Source: Methanobacteriota archaeon | Lineage (GTDB): Archaea; Thermoplasmatota; Thermoplasmata; SG8-5; DAIRED01 | Length of the DNA stretch: 64,000 nucleotides | NCBI GenBank assembly: GCA_043799545.1 | Contig: JAZDNO010000020.1 | Coordinates: 1-64,000 of the forward strand | Reading direction: 5' to 3' | Shown here: positions 16,016 to 25,759 of the stretch, piece after piece | Layout of the letters: each line of letters begins with the position of its first letter | Position numbering within the stretch: position 1 is the stretch's first letter | Program-made: the position numbers and the translations under genes | The notes under the pieces: model-generated | The model's database searches: none | What the model was told of the DNA's origin: nothing | What the model saw: the letters and a program-made list of their open reading frames with translations, nothing else

Positions 16016-16202
16016 TTTTTTCATATTCAATTTTAATCATATCCAGGAAAAAATGGTAGGACTAGCGGCTTAAGTCATTTACTCAGCAGGGAGCTAGTCC
16101 GTACCCACGGCAAGAGCGCGTTGTATTCGGATTCTTGCCGTGATGGAGTTGAACGCTTGTCATCCGCAAACTTAATACCCATCCAATCATAATACCAGCC
16201 CA

Positions 16203-16268
16203 ATGTACCCGTGCCCTTATTGCCGCACGCAGCTGACCTGGGTCCCGCAGTACAACCAGTACTACTGC
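16203..16268 (+). pseudogene. Orphan duplicate of the first 22 codons of the gene at 16419
   Basis: 66-nt direct repeat with 16419-16484; frame then runs into a non-coding repeat and lacks the last Cys of the Zn ribbon. Confidence 0.7.
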
Positions 16269-16278
16269 GACTTCCGCC

Positions 16279-16370
16279 CAACCCCTTTTCCAGTCTCGCT
16301 GCGCCAGCTCGTCCTCGGGGAAAAGTTGTATGGTATCCCAAAAGCCTTGGCCTCGCCTGCTCGCTCGACC
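16279..16370 (+). repeat. 92-bp structured dispersed repeat, copy 1
   Basis: 78/92 identical (manual count) to the reverse complement of 57088-57179. Confidence 0.85.
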
Positions 16371-16418
16371 GTATTGAATGTAAAAGGATTCCGAATTGCT
16401 GCGAACGGGGGCGAGTAA

Positions 16419-16883
16419 TTGTACCCGTGCCCCTATTGCCACACGCAGCTGACCTGGGTCCCGCAGTACAACCAGTACTACTGCTATTTCTGCCACAGGT
16501 ACGTCCAGGCCGCTCCGCCTCAACGGGCATACGTTCCGCCCTATCCCGCACAGGCGCAGACGCACGCCACGCCTCAGCCTCCCGAGCCGCCGGTGGATGC
16601 TCCGAGACCAGTGCAGGTCCAACCGCAATCAGGTGCGCCGGCAAATGAGGCGGGGATACAGCCCATCGCGCCGGCTCCAGCGAATCAACCGACCCCCATC
16701 CCGGCTCCCGCCAAGCCGTCGATCGAATACGTTTCCAAAGGCGAACCGCCGCAGCCGGTCAGCGTGCCGGCCAGAGGCCGTGCCTCGCGCGCCGAGCCGA
16801 TATACCTCTGCAAGGTTTGCGGCACGCGGCTCGAGGTGAATGGGCAGCGGTGGTTCTGCCCCAGGTGCCAGCAGTACAAATGA
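16419..16883 (+). CDS. Protein with two Zn ribbons and a Pro-rich linker
   Basis: CPYC...YYCYFC at the N-terminus; CKVC...WFCPRC at the C-terminus. Confidence 0.75.
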   Translation: MYPCPYCHTQLTWVPQYNQYYCYFCHRYVQAAPPQRAYVPPYPAQAQTHATPQPPEPPVDAPRPVQVQPQSGAPANEAGIQPIAPAPANQPTPIPAPAKPSIEYVSKGEPPQPVSVPARGRASRAEPIYLCKVCGTRLEVNGQRWFCPRCQQYK

Positions 16884-16926
16884 TGCCGTGGGAAGATATT
16901 TGTAAGGAGAAGGCGTTCGTCCCGTT

Positions 16927-18177
16927 GTGAAATCAAAAACCGCAAAACGCTACCTTGGCGGTTTCTCCCTGAATGTGATTCTCATAGGGGCAATCAGCTT
17001 CCTCACGGATGCCAGCTCGGAGATGATTGTCCCGATTCTGCCATTGTACCTCATCGGCATCGGCGCACCCATGGTCGTAATCGGGCTGATCGAAGGCGCG
17101 GCCGAGAGCACTGCCAGCATCCTCAAGGCTTTGTCTGGCACGTGGTCGGACAAGATGAAGAAGAGGCGGCCGTTCATGCTGGCTGGCTACTCGCTCTCCA
17201 CCGTTTCGAAGTTCCTCTTCGTGGCGACGACCGCTTGGTGGCAGGTCGTGGGACTCAAGATATCGGAGAGGGCGGGAAAGGGCATCCGCGCCGCGCCGAA
17301 GGATGCTCTGCTGGCCGAGTCATGCGACCCGGATGTGAGGGGTAGAGTCTACGGATTCCACAAGGCAATGGATACGGCTGGCGCTGCATTCGGGGTGGTG
17401 CTGGCGCTGGTCGTCGTCGGCTTCCTGGCGCTGGGTTACAGGGAGATATTCCTCCTTTCGGCCATACCGGCCACCGTTGCGGTGATCCTGATTTTCTTCA
17501 TACGCGAGTCCGAGCCCGTCGAATGCGAGCCGCTGCCGAGAGAGAAGAAGCGCATCTTCGAGGGGTTCTCGAGGTTCCCACCGGAGCTGAAGCTATTCAT
17601 GGTTGCCATGTCAATCCTCTCCGTGACCTCAGTAATGACCTCGTTCCTGATCATACTGGCGCGAGACGCCCATGCTAGCCAGCTGCAGAACATCCTGATG
17701 TACCTCGGATTCAACGTGGTCTACTTCGCGATTTCTCTCCCTGCGGGTTCGATATCAGACAAGGTCGGAAGGTATCCAGTAATTCTCATTGGTTACGCGG
17801 CGATGATGTGCATGTTCGTCGTTGCCATCGCAGGCAGCTTTGTCAACGAAGGCCTCGATACTGACGAGACGACACTCCTGGCTTTGTCCCTCGCACTGGC
17901 CTCATTCCTGATTTACGGCCTATCATACGCGTTCACCCAAGGCGTCCAGAAGGCCTTCGTCGCGGACCTGTGCCCCAAGGACCTCAAGGGCACCGCGATG
18001 GGTGTTTACAACATGTCGATAGGGATAGCCGCCCTGCCGATGGCGCTCATCGGCGGAACGCTCTGGACCGTGTACGGTTCCTGGGCGACATTCGCGTTCG
18101 GGGCCGTCGCCTGCGCGGTCGGGCTTTCGATGCTCGCGGCGCTGGCCGTTCGAAGAGGGTTTTTCCGAACCGCTTGA
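16927..18177 (+). CDS. MFS transporter
   Basis: About 12 hydrophobic segments; GTWSDKMKKRRPF and GSISDKVGRYP MFS loop motifs. Confidence 0.9.
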   Translation: MKSKTAKRYLGGFSLNVILIGAISFLTDASSEMIVPILPLYLIGIGAPMVVIGLIEGAAESTASILKALSGTWSDKMKKRRPFMLAGYSLSTVSKFLFVATTAWWQVVGLKISERAGKGIRAAPKDALLAESCDPDVRGRVYGFHKAMDTAGAAFGVVLALVVVGFLALGYREIFLLSAIPATVAVILIFFIRESEPVECEPLPREKKRIFEGFSRFPPELKLFMVAMSILSVTSVMTSFLIILARDAHASQLQNILMYLGFNVVYFAISLPAGSISDKVGRYPVILIGYAAMMCMFVVAIAGSFVNEGLDTDETTLLALSLALASFLIYGLSYAFTQGVQKAFVADLCPKDLKGTAMGVYNMSIGIAALPMALIGGTLWTVYGSWATFAFGAVACAVGLSMLAALAVRRGFFRTA

Positions 18178-18292
18178 ATCAGGCGTTGAAATAAAATCCT
18201 CCGCGGGAAATCCGCTTTCGAAAAGTTAGTATATATAGTTTTCCTTCAGCATGTACATGCATCCACGTTTCTTGTGTAAGTTTTAAATAGCA

Positions 18293-18577
18293 ATGTACCG
18301 TTACCGTTATATGCGCTCCAACGGGAAGGGTGTTTACGGCGCAGGCGACCAGCTTCATTTTATCGTGACCGAGGATTTCGTGGAGACAGCGAACGAATTC
18401 ATGAGGTTCTGCAGGGCGAACTCCATCAACACGTCGGCCGCGATACGCACGGCGATGTCCGATTGGCTGGAGAAGAAGACCATGCGGGACAAGTGGACGT
18501 CCCAGATGGATACCGACAATCCGTTCATGCGGAGCTTCGCCGAGGAATACGAGCGGCGCGTGCTTAAGGAGGAGTGA
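18293..18577 (+). CDS. Ribbon-helix-helix-like regulator
   Basis: QLHFIVTEDFVET...FCRANSINTSAAIRTAMSDWL. Confidence 0.55.
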   Translation: MYRYRYMRSNGKGVYGAGDQLHFIVTEDFVETANEFMRFCRANSINTSAAIRTAMSDWLEKKTMRDKWTSQMDTDNPFMRSFAEEYERRVLKEE

Positions 18578-19392
18578 CCGTGATGGAGGTGGCGAGGAAG
18601 GTGTGCATCTGCGGCGACCCCGGCGTGGGTAAGAGTTCCCTGGTGAGGAGATTCGTCCTCCAGAGGTATGACGACAAATACCTGTCAACTCTGGGGACCG
18701 TGGTGTCGAAGAAATCAGTGGCAATCCCCCAGCTTGATTGCAACATGAGCCTCATGATATGGGACATCTCCGGACAGGCGGAGTTCAAGAGGATACACGC
18801 TTCTGCTTTCAGCAACTCGTCGGGGGGTTTTGTCGTTTACGACGTCCTTCGCCCCGAGACCCTGGAATCCGTGCAGGGCTGGATAGCGACGATGAGGCAG
18901 TGGGCGGGGGAGAAGGTCCCCATAACCATCCTCGCGAACAAAACGGACCTTCTTCCCAAGTCCGAGCGCCCACGCGCGGGGACGATGCTGGGATGTCCGA
19001 GCGTACCGACGAGCGCAAAGGCGGGGGAGAACGTCGATGACGCATTCCATTCCCTGGGAGAGGCCATAGCAAAACTGAACGGGATGCCGCCAATTCCGAC
19101 AATCGGCAATGCAAAAATCGAGGACCTCCCCGATAAATTCGAGAGTTCCGGCGAGCTGCTGGACTTCATCGCAATCAGCCTCTGCAAGACCCTCAAGGAC
19201 CAGGAGATGGGGATGCACATCCTCAGGAACCAGGTGACGAAATCCGGGATCGACTTCGTGCACATGCGGAAGGCCGACGCGGAGATGCTCGTCGACAGAT
19301 TGGGCGAAGTAGTCAAGGATTTCAAGGGCGGGCGAGAGGGGTCGGACATCAGGGTCAGGATGCACAGGGCGATAGAAAGGACCAAATGGTGA
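18574..19392 (+). CDS. Rab/Ras-like small GTPase with C-terminal helical extension
   Basis: G1 GDPGVGKS, G2 STLG, G3 WDISGQ, G4 NKTD, G5 SAK. Confidence 0.9.
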   Translation: MTVMEVARKVCICGDPGVGKSSLVRRFVLQRYDDKYLSTLGTVVSKKSVAIPQLDCNMSLMIWDISGQAEFKRIHASAFSNSSGGFVVYDVLRPETLESVQGWIATMRQWAGEKVPITILANKTDLLPKSERPRAGTMLGCPSVPTSAKAGENVDDAFHSLGEAIAKLNGMPPIPTIGNAKIEDLPDKFESSGELLDFIAISLCKTLKDQEMGMHILRNQVTKSGIDFVHMRKADAEMLVDRLGEVVKDFKGGREGSDIRVRMHRAIERTKW

Positions 19393-19396
19393 TTTT

Positions 19397-19888
19397 TTGG
19401 CAGAATACGTAAGGAAGGTCGTCCTGCTCGGCGACCCGATGGTTGGCAAGACCTCGCTCGTCCAGAGGTTCGTGAAGGACATGTTCGACGAGAGGTATCT
19501 CAGCACGATAGGGGCGAAACCGTCAAAGAAGGTCGTCAAGTGCGGGGGGCACACGGTCTCGCTGATGATATGGGATCTCGCGGGACACAGCTACGGGCTG
19601 CGCTCCGGTTTCTACGCTGGGGCGAAGGGCGCCCTGCTGGTGTGCGACATCACCCGCCGGGACACCTTGAACTCGCTCAACTCGTGGTACTCCGCGCTCG
19701 CGAAGGAAGTCGGGGATGTGCCGGCCATAGCCCTGGTGAACAAATCCGACATGGACGAGCGCGAGTTCGGACTCGATGAAGCCGGCGTCCAGGGTTTTCC
19801 GACACTTCTCACGAGCGCGAAAACCGGGGCGAATGTGAACGAGGCGTTCACACAGTTGACGGAGGCGGTTATCCGTGCGCGCCGCTGA
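19397..19888 (+). CDS. Rab/Ras-like small GTPase
   Basis: G1 GDPMVGKT, G2 STIG, G3 WDLAGH, G4 NKSD, G5 SAK. Confidence 0.9.
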   Translation: MAEYVRKVVLLGDPMVGKTSLVQRFVKDMFDERYLSTIGAKPSKKVVKCGGHTVSLMIWDLAGHSYGLRSGFYAGAKGALLVCDITRRDTLNSLNSWYSALAKEVGDVPAIALVNKSDMDEREFGLDEAGVQGFPTLLTSAKTGANVNEAFTQLTEAVIRARR

Positions 19889-19916
19889 GCCGGTCAGGAA
19901 CCGGGGTTTCTTCGTC

Positions 19917-20336
19917 ATGTACAGCGACGGGGTAAGGGCCCTTCAGAAGGAGCTCAACGCGGTCATGGGGAGGGACCTGGGGAGGAGCGTTCTTTTCAGG
20001 TTCGGCTTCAGATGCGGGAAGACCAGCGCCAAGGAGCTGGGCCTCGTGGGGCAGGGCAAGAAGGCCCTGGTGTACCTGAACGAGGCTTGGATTGAGATTG
20101 GCCTCGCGCGGCCCGTTTCCATCCGCGAGAGATCCGGCGTTGTCGAGGTCGTCCTGTCCAACTCACTCGAGGCGTCGCACGACGGGACTGGCTGCGATTT
20201 CACAAGGGGATTCCTCGGCGGCATGTACTCGGAAATCACCCACGTTCCCCACCACTGCGTCGAGCGCGAGTGCGTCTCGTTCGGGGGGGAGAGGTGCGTC
20301 TTCGTAATCCGGGAGGCGGAGAACGGGGGAAAATGA
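19917..20336 (+). CDS. V4R (4-vinyl reductase) domain protein
   Basis: CDFTRGFLGG...VERECVSFGGERCVF; stop overlaps the next ATG (ATGA). Confidence 0.85.
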   Translation: MYSDGVRALQKELNAVMGRDLGRSVLFRFGFRCGKTSAKELGLVGQGKKALVYLNEAWIEIGLARPVSIRERSGVVEVVLSNSLEASHDGTGCDFTRGFLGGMYSEITHVPHHCVERECVSFGGERCVFVIREAENGGK

Positions 20337-23300
20337 TGGGTGCGTTGGGAAAGGCATTGCTCATCGTCGTGGCGCTGGCCCTGGCCGCTCCCGCGTTCCA
20401 GGCTCCCCACCGGCAGAACCCCGCCGAAATCCCGCAAGCGCAACCCTCCTTCGCAGGCTCGCAGTGGCCGACGGTATCGAGCATCGGGCCATTCCCTCCG
20501 GCACCCGCTTCAAAGGCGAACGCCAAGAAGACGCTGTATCTGCACGACGATCCGCCTTGGCAAAATATAAACGATGATTATGATTCCTTGAACACTACTG
20601 CCCCGACAACCGTGGCCCTGTCGGATTTTGACAATGATGGGCAACCTGGCCTTTCCATATTGGAGAACTGGGACAATCTTGGTGGCGGCTTCGGGCACGT
20701 CAACCACGACAGGTACCAGTATTGGAACCTGACCCCCGTATTGGCTTCGGACCTAAGGATATCCTATTTGAATATGACCTTGTGGATTAGCACCACTTCC
20801 CAGGATGTAACAAACGAATTGAAGGTTGAATTGACAGATAACACACTAAAAACACTTGCCACGCCGAATGCAAACGTTTTCGCCAGCAGGCTCCTCACAG
20901 GAATAAACTGGCCTACCCCGGCGGGTAATTTCCAGAAATACTCTTTCGACCTGACTATGTTCAATGGAACCCAGGTGATTCCCAAAGGTAATAGAACGAT
21001 GCTCATCATCTATCGAACAGATAACAACAATAACAAGGACCTGCAAATCGCATACAATACAACAATCTACCCATCCCACCTCAACCTGACGACCGACACA
21101 TACGTCGACGTGAACTGGACCCAGACCTGGAACCTCACCGCCCAGACCGGCGACTTCTCGGTCGGCGAGGACGCGCGCATCGTCGCGAACGTCACCGACC
21201 CCTTCGGTTCTTACGACATCTCTGGGGCGACAGTCAACGTCACAGGCCCCGGCGGCGTCACGTACGTTCCCACCACCCCGATGGGCCTCAACGCCACGGA
21301 CCCGGCGGATCCGTCCGGCTGGAAGCATTTCAATTACACGTTCGAGCACATCCCCGCGCCTGGCATGTATAAGGCCGTGGTAACGGGCATCGAGTCCAAC
21401 GGCGTGACTTCGAACATGACGGCCTTCTTCAACGCCACCGGCTCCGCGAACCCGCTGGACCATGTCGAGCTGATGCCGATGTTCGCCTACCCTGCCAACA
21501 ATCCCGTGGCCGTCGCCGGCACGCTCGCAGGCTACATGGCCGTCGGCTGGAACGACGCGGGCCAGACCGAGAAGAACTACACCTGGGAACCCGAGTGGGA
21601 CACGACGGACGGGCTCGGGACAGTGGCCAACAAGGGGGGGAGCGCCTCCTCCGGCTTCACGGCTGACTACGTTGCCGGAGCGTCGCCCGGGTACGACAAC
21701 ATCACGGTCGCCAACGCGACGGCTGCGCCTGTGAGTTCCTGCGTACTCGTCACGCCGCTGGTGCTGGATCATATCGAACTCGCTCCGCTCGACCCGTTTC
21801 CAGGGGCCAACGTGCTTGCTGGGGGCACTCTAGGATATACCGCAATCGGCTGGGACGACGCTGGTGGAACTATCAAGAACAGCACTTGGATTCCCTTGTG
21901 GGATACGAGCGCCGGTCTCGGTTTGCCTGTTAACCCTGGTGGGGACTGGACCGCCGGATACACTATAGATTACTCGGCCGGTCTCGCCACTGGCTATGAC
22001 AACATCACAGTCGCTTGCGGCTCCGTCGGCAACGAGTCCTGCTTGAGAATCGTCGCGAACCCGCTGCACCACATCCAGCTGACGCCTATGTTCGCTTTCC
22101 CCCTCAACAACCCGATCGCAGTCGGCGGGACGACTGGCACCTACACCGCAGTGGGCTGGAACGATGCCGCAGAGGCGGAGAAGAACCTTACATGGAGCCC
22201 TGTCTGGGGCACGACGAACGCCCTCGGAACTGCCAGCGCCACAGGCGGGAGCGCCATCACCGGGTTCACTGCATCCTACACAGCCAGCCTCGCGCCTGGA
22301 TACGACAACATCACCGTGACCGATTCCACGGCGGCGGGCGTCGTCAGCGCCAGCTGCGTCAAGGTCGCCGACAACCCTCTGCTCCACCACATCCATCTGA
22401 CGCCGAAGGCCGCATATCCGTCGGCGGCGGACGTAGGGGCCGGCCTGACGCTCCCAGGCTTCATCGCGACAGGGTGGGACGACGCGGCAGAGACGAAGAA
22501 GAACCTGACGTGGGCGCCCATCTGGGGCACGTCGCACGGCCTCGGCACGGCCGGGAACCTCGGCGGCGGCGCGGCTTCGGGATTCACAGCCGACTACGCG
22601 GCCCTCGGCATCCTCGGCATGGACAACATCACCGTCTCGTGCGACTCGGTGTCCAACAGGTCTTCCATCAGGGTCGTGGCCGGCCCGCCTGCGGCGATGG
22701 CGTACGTGTCGGGGAACAACCAGATGGGCAAGGTCGGCTCGACACTGCCACTCCCGCTGGTCGTGCGCGTGACAGACCAGTTCGGCAATCCAGTGCAGGG
22801 GGCGGCCGTCAACTGGAAGTTCTTCGGGGGTCCCGATGGTTCGACGGGGCAAGCGCTGCTGCCAGGTAGCAACTCGACGGACGCCGCGGGGCGCTCGGGA
22901 ACGTGGCTCACGCTCGGGAGCGGGGTCGGGATTTACGGCGCCAACGCCTCGACGGACCTAGGGCTCGCCGGGGAGCCAGTCAACTTCACGGCAACTGCGA
23001 CGAGCGCGGCGCGGGACATCGTCATCGTCAGCGGGGACGGCCAGACCGCACCGGCCGGTACCGCCCTGCCGAAGCAGCTCGTCGTGGAGGTCAGGGACAT
23101 CGCGGGGACGCACGTCGGCTCAGGCGTGAAGGTCTGGTTCAACGCGACCACCGCAAACCTCGCAGGGGATGCGTCCATCACGCCAGCAAATCCGGTCCAG
23201 ACCGATCCAGACGGAAGGGCGTCCGTCTGGCTTCGCCTCGACACGCTTCCAGGAACGAACTACCTGACGGCCGAGATGACTGCTGGCGGGACGAGGAGAG

Positions 23301-25036
23301 TGACTTTCACTGCCATCGGGACGGCTCCCGGGGTCTCGCCCGTCCTCGCAACCGTTGCCGAGACCGTGGTCGGGGGGGACATGGTCACCTACATCCTTCA
23401 CGCCGACAACACAGGCGACGGCGCGGCCGTGAACGTCTGGATAAACGATACCCTGCCCCTTGGGATGGAATACGTCCACGACAGTTCCGCGCCCGCCGCA
23501 AGCGTCTCGGGCAGGGACGTTGCGTGGTTCTTCGATGAGATTGCCCCGGGAGCGATGTCGTGGACCATGACCTGCCAAGCTCAAGCCACGGTAGTCGACG
23601 GCACGGTTCTGTCCAACCGTTTCAGCGTCGAGTACGGCGACGAGGCCGGCCGACGGCTCCCGAGAGTAGAATCCAACACGGTGGACGTGACGGTCATCAC
23701 GGAGGAGAGCGACAACATACCGCCGACGATAGAGGGCGTCCCAGACTTGTACGTCCACTACGACTGGGATTATCACATCGACCTGTCGCCGTACGTCTGG
23801 GACCCGGACACCGAGCCAGGGGACCTCACAATCATCCTCTCCGACCTTGTGAGCGCCAGGGTGAACCTGCACAACAATCTGGCAATTATACTGAATTACA
23901 GCCGCTCCCTCCTCGGGTCGACGCAGAAATTAAACGTCACAGTCTCGGACGGAGGGGGCTCAGATTGGCAGCTGATACTTGTCCACGTCACCGACGACTT
24001 CCCCCCTGAGCTGCTGCAGCCGCTCCCGGACATCGCCCAGCATGAGGACACGGTCTCCTACCCGTTCAACATCACGGAGCACTTCTTCGACAGGGACGGT
24101 GACTCCCTGTTCTACACATATGGCGAGAAGCACGTGAACATAACGTTTCTCTGGAACTTCACCGTGCGCGTTCTCCCCAACCTGAACTGGTTCGGCCTTG
24201 AGCGAGTGACGTTCCGCGCCTCTGACCCGACCGGCGCACTCGTGGAGAGGACAGTCAATGTCACAGTCTCGCCGGTGAACGACCTCCCCGCCATCGGCGC
24301 CATCCCGGACCAGGCTGGCAAGGTCGGAAAGGCATGGATGATGGACCTGTTCCAGTACGTCAGCGACGTCGACAACGCGCTATCCGAGCTGAGCGTGACG
24401 ACCGACAGCGGCTCCGCCACGGCGAACGGCCTGAACGTCACCTTCAGATTCGCACGGGCTGTCGAGGGGGACATAGTGACCATCACGGTCTCGGACGGAG
24501 CCGGCCAGGCATACGGGCAGGTGAACGTCACCGTCGCGGCGAGCGGGGCGCTGGACCCGGTCTGCCTGGTCACGGCGCCGCTGGCTGCCGTCGCGCTCGC
24601 GGCCCTCGTCGTCATGCTCGTATACAGGCGGCGCAACAGGCCTGCCATCGAGAACATTTTCGCAATCTACAAGGACGGGACCCTCCTCGCTCACGAGATG
24701 AGGAAAGAACTGCCGAACTTCGACAAGGACATCTTCACAAGCATGCTGCAGGCCATCACAGACTTCGTGAAGGACTCGTTCCAGGACCGGAAGGACTGGA
24801 CCCTCGACAACCTAGAGTTCGGCGGAAGGAAGATACACATAGCCAGGAGCGCGACGGGCAACCTCAGCCTGGCCGTCGTCTACCAGGGGGGCGACATCGG
24901 ACTAAAGAAGCTCATGGATGCGCTGATTGCGGACATCGAGGGCACGCACGGCGAGCTGCTTGCCGACTGGGACGGCAACCTGACGAAGATGTTCGGCATC
25001 CAGACGATCGTGTCGAAGGTCTTCGACGACAACTGA
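20333..25036 (+). CDS. Large surface protein: signal peptide, four ~100-aa Ig-like repeats, Big_1-like, DUF11-like and cadherin-like domains, TM, cytoplasmic longin-like domain
   Basis: Hydrophobic N-terminus; repeats L(D/H)H(I/V)xLxP...GW(N/D)DA...GYDNITV; VSGDGQT Big_1-like motifs; TM LAAVALAALVVMLVY-RRR; C-terminal IENIFAIYKDG...FVKDSF...LEFGG. Confidence 0.85.
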   Translation: MMGALGKALLIVVALALAAPAFQAPHRQNPAEIPQAQPSFAGSQWPTVSSIGPFPPAPASKANAKKTLYLHDDPPWQNINDDYDSLNTTAPTTVALSDFDNDGQPGLSILENWDNLGGGFGHVNHDRYQYWNLTPVLASDLRISYLNMTLWISTTSQDVTNELKVELTDNTLKTLATPNANVFASRLLTGINWPTPAGNFQKYSFDLTMFNGTQVIPKGNRTMLIIYRTDNNNNKDLQIAYNTTIYPSHLNLTTDTYVDVNWTQTWNLTAQTGDFSVGEDARIVANVTDPFGSYDISGATVNVTGPGGVTYVPTTPMGLNATDPADPSGWKHFNYTFEHIPAPGMYKAVVTGIESNGVTSNMTAFFNATGSANPLDHVELMPMFAYPANNPVAVAGTLAGYMAVGWNDAGQTEKNYTWEPEWDTTDGLGTVANKGGSASSGFTADYVAGASPGYDNITVANATAAPVSSCVLVTPLVLDHIELAPLDPFPGANVLAGGTLGYTAIGWDDAGGTIKNSTWIPLWDTSAGLGLPVNPGGDWTAGYTIDYSAGLATGYDNITVACGSVGNESCLRIVANPLHHIQLTPMFAFPLNNPIAVGGTTGTYTAVGWNDAAEAEKNLTWSPVWGTTNALGTASATGGSAITGFTASYTASLAPGYDNITVTDSTAAGVVSASCVKVADNPLLHHIHLTPKAAYPSAADVGAGLTLPGFIATGWDDAAETKKNLTWAPIWGTSHGLGTAGNLGGGAASGFTADYAALGILGMDNITVSCDSVSNRSSIRVVAGPPAAMAYVSGNNQMGKVGSTLPLPLVVRVTDQFGNPVQGAAVNWKFFGGPDGSTGQALLPGSNSTDAAGRSGTWLTLGSGVGIYGANASTDLGLAGEPVNFTATATSAARDIVIVSGDGQTAPAGTALPKQLVVEVRDIAGTHVGSGVKVWFNATTANLAGDASITPANPVQTDPDGRASVWLRLDTLPGTNYLTAEMTAGGTRRVTFTAIGTAPGVSPVLATVAETVVGGDMVTYILHADNTGDGAAVNVWINDTLPLGMEYVHDSSAPAASVSGRDVAWFFDEIAPGAMSWTMTCQAQATVVDGTVLSNRFSVEYGDEAGRRLPRVESNTVDVTVITEESDNIPPTIEGVPDLYVHYDWDYHIDLSPYVWDPDTEPGDLTIILSDLVSARVNLHNNLAIILNYSRSLLGSTQKLNVTVSDGGGSDWQLILVHVTDDFPPELLQPLPDIAQHEDTVSYPFNITEHFFDRDGDSLFYTYGEKHVNITFLWNFTVRVLPNLNWFGLERVTFRASDPTGALVERTVNVTVSPVNDLPAIGAIPDQAGKVGKAWMMDLFQYVSDVDNALSELSVTTDSGSATANGLNVTFRFARAVEGDIVTITVSDGAGQAYGQVNVTVAASGALDPVCLVTAPLAAVALAALVVMLVYRRRNRPAIENIFAIYKDGTLLAHEMRKELPNFDKDIFTSMLQAITDFVKDSFQDRKDWTLDNLEFGGRKIHIARSATGNLSLAVVYQGGDIGLKKLMDALIADIEGTHGELLADWDGNLTKMFGIQTIVSKVFDDN

Positions 25037-25072
25037 GCGAGTCGCGAACGGGGGCGGACGGATTTCCCACGG

Positions 25073-25690
25073 TCAAATCCTATGTTTCAGGTAGTCGGCG
25101 ACTGCCCTGTCCACCGGCTTCGTGGAGGTTATCTCGTAGCATTTCTTCAACATCTTCTTGATGGTCTGCGGGTCCTTCGGGGCGCCATCCAGCTTCCCTA
25201 TCAGGTTGCCCAAATCCTCCTTGAAGTTCCAGGGGAAGATGAACCAGCGCCAGTTCTCCTTCTTCACCTCGACGCCGTAGAAGTCCGGGACGGTCTTCGA
25301 GTGGTTGATGTGGAGCAGGGTAGCGCATTTCACGTCCGCCGGACCCTTCGATTTGACGTGGTCTATCGACAGCTTCAGGCTTTCCCCTGTGTCGGTGATG
25401 TCGTCGACCAGCAGCACCTTCTTCCCTTTTATGTCGACGGCCAGCTCTTGGACGAGCTTCGCCTTGTTGTCCGTCCGCGCGGTGATGCCCCAATGCTCGA
25501 CCTTTATCGAGAAGAGGTTCTTGCAGACGAGCTGGTCGCAGAGAATCCTCGCGGGGACCCAGCCGCCGCGCGTGAGCCCAACGACGACATCGGGCGTATA
25601 CCCAGATGCCTCCATCTTGCAGGCGACCTTCTCTGCCCAATGGTCTATCTCGCTCCACGTGACGACCTTGCACCTGATGTCTTCTGGCAT
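25073..25690 (-). CDS. Purine phosphoribosyltransferase (HGXPRT-like)
   Basis: VVGLTRGGWVPAR; VLLVDDITDTGES PRPP-binding motif. Confidence 0.9.
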   Translation of the reverse strand: MPEDIRCKVVTWSEIDHWAEKVACKMEASGYTPDVVVGLTRGGWVPARILCDQLVCKNLFSIKVEHWGITARTDNKAKLVQELAVDIKGKKVLLVDDITDTGESLKLSIDHVKSKGPADVKCATLLHINHSKTVPDFYGVEVKKENWRWFIFPWNFKEDLGNLIGKLDGAPKDPQTIKKMLKKCYEITSTKPVDRAVADYLKHRI

Positions 25691-25759
25691 AGCGAATCCC
25701 TCGCGATGCCTAGCCGTATGGAACTCGTGAATATAACTTTATTCGATGCCGCGCTCGCA

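Noticed and set aside
16135-16190. Fluoride riboswitch-like GATGGAGTT
   Set aside because: The downstream CRCC pairing and pseudoknot elements are missing, and no fluoride-export gene follows.
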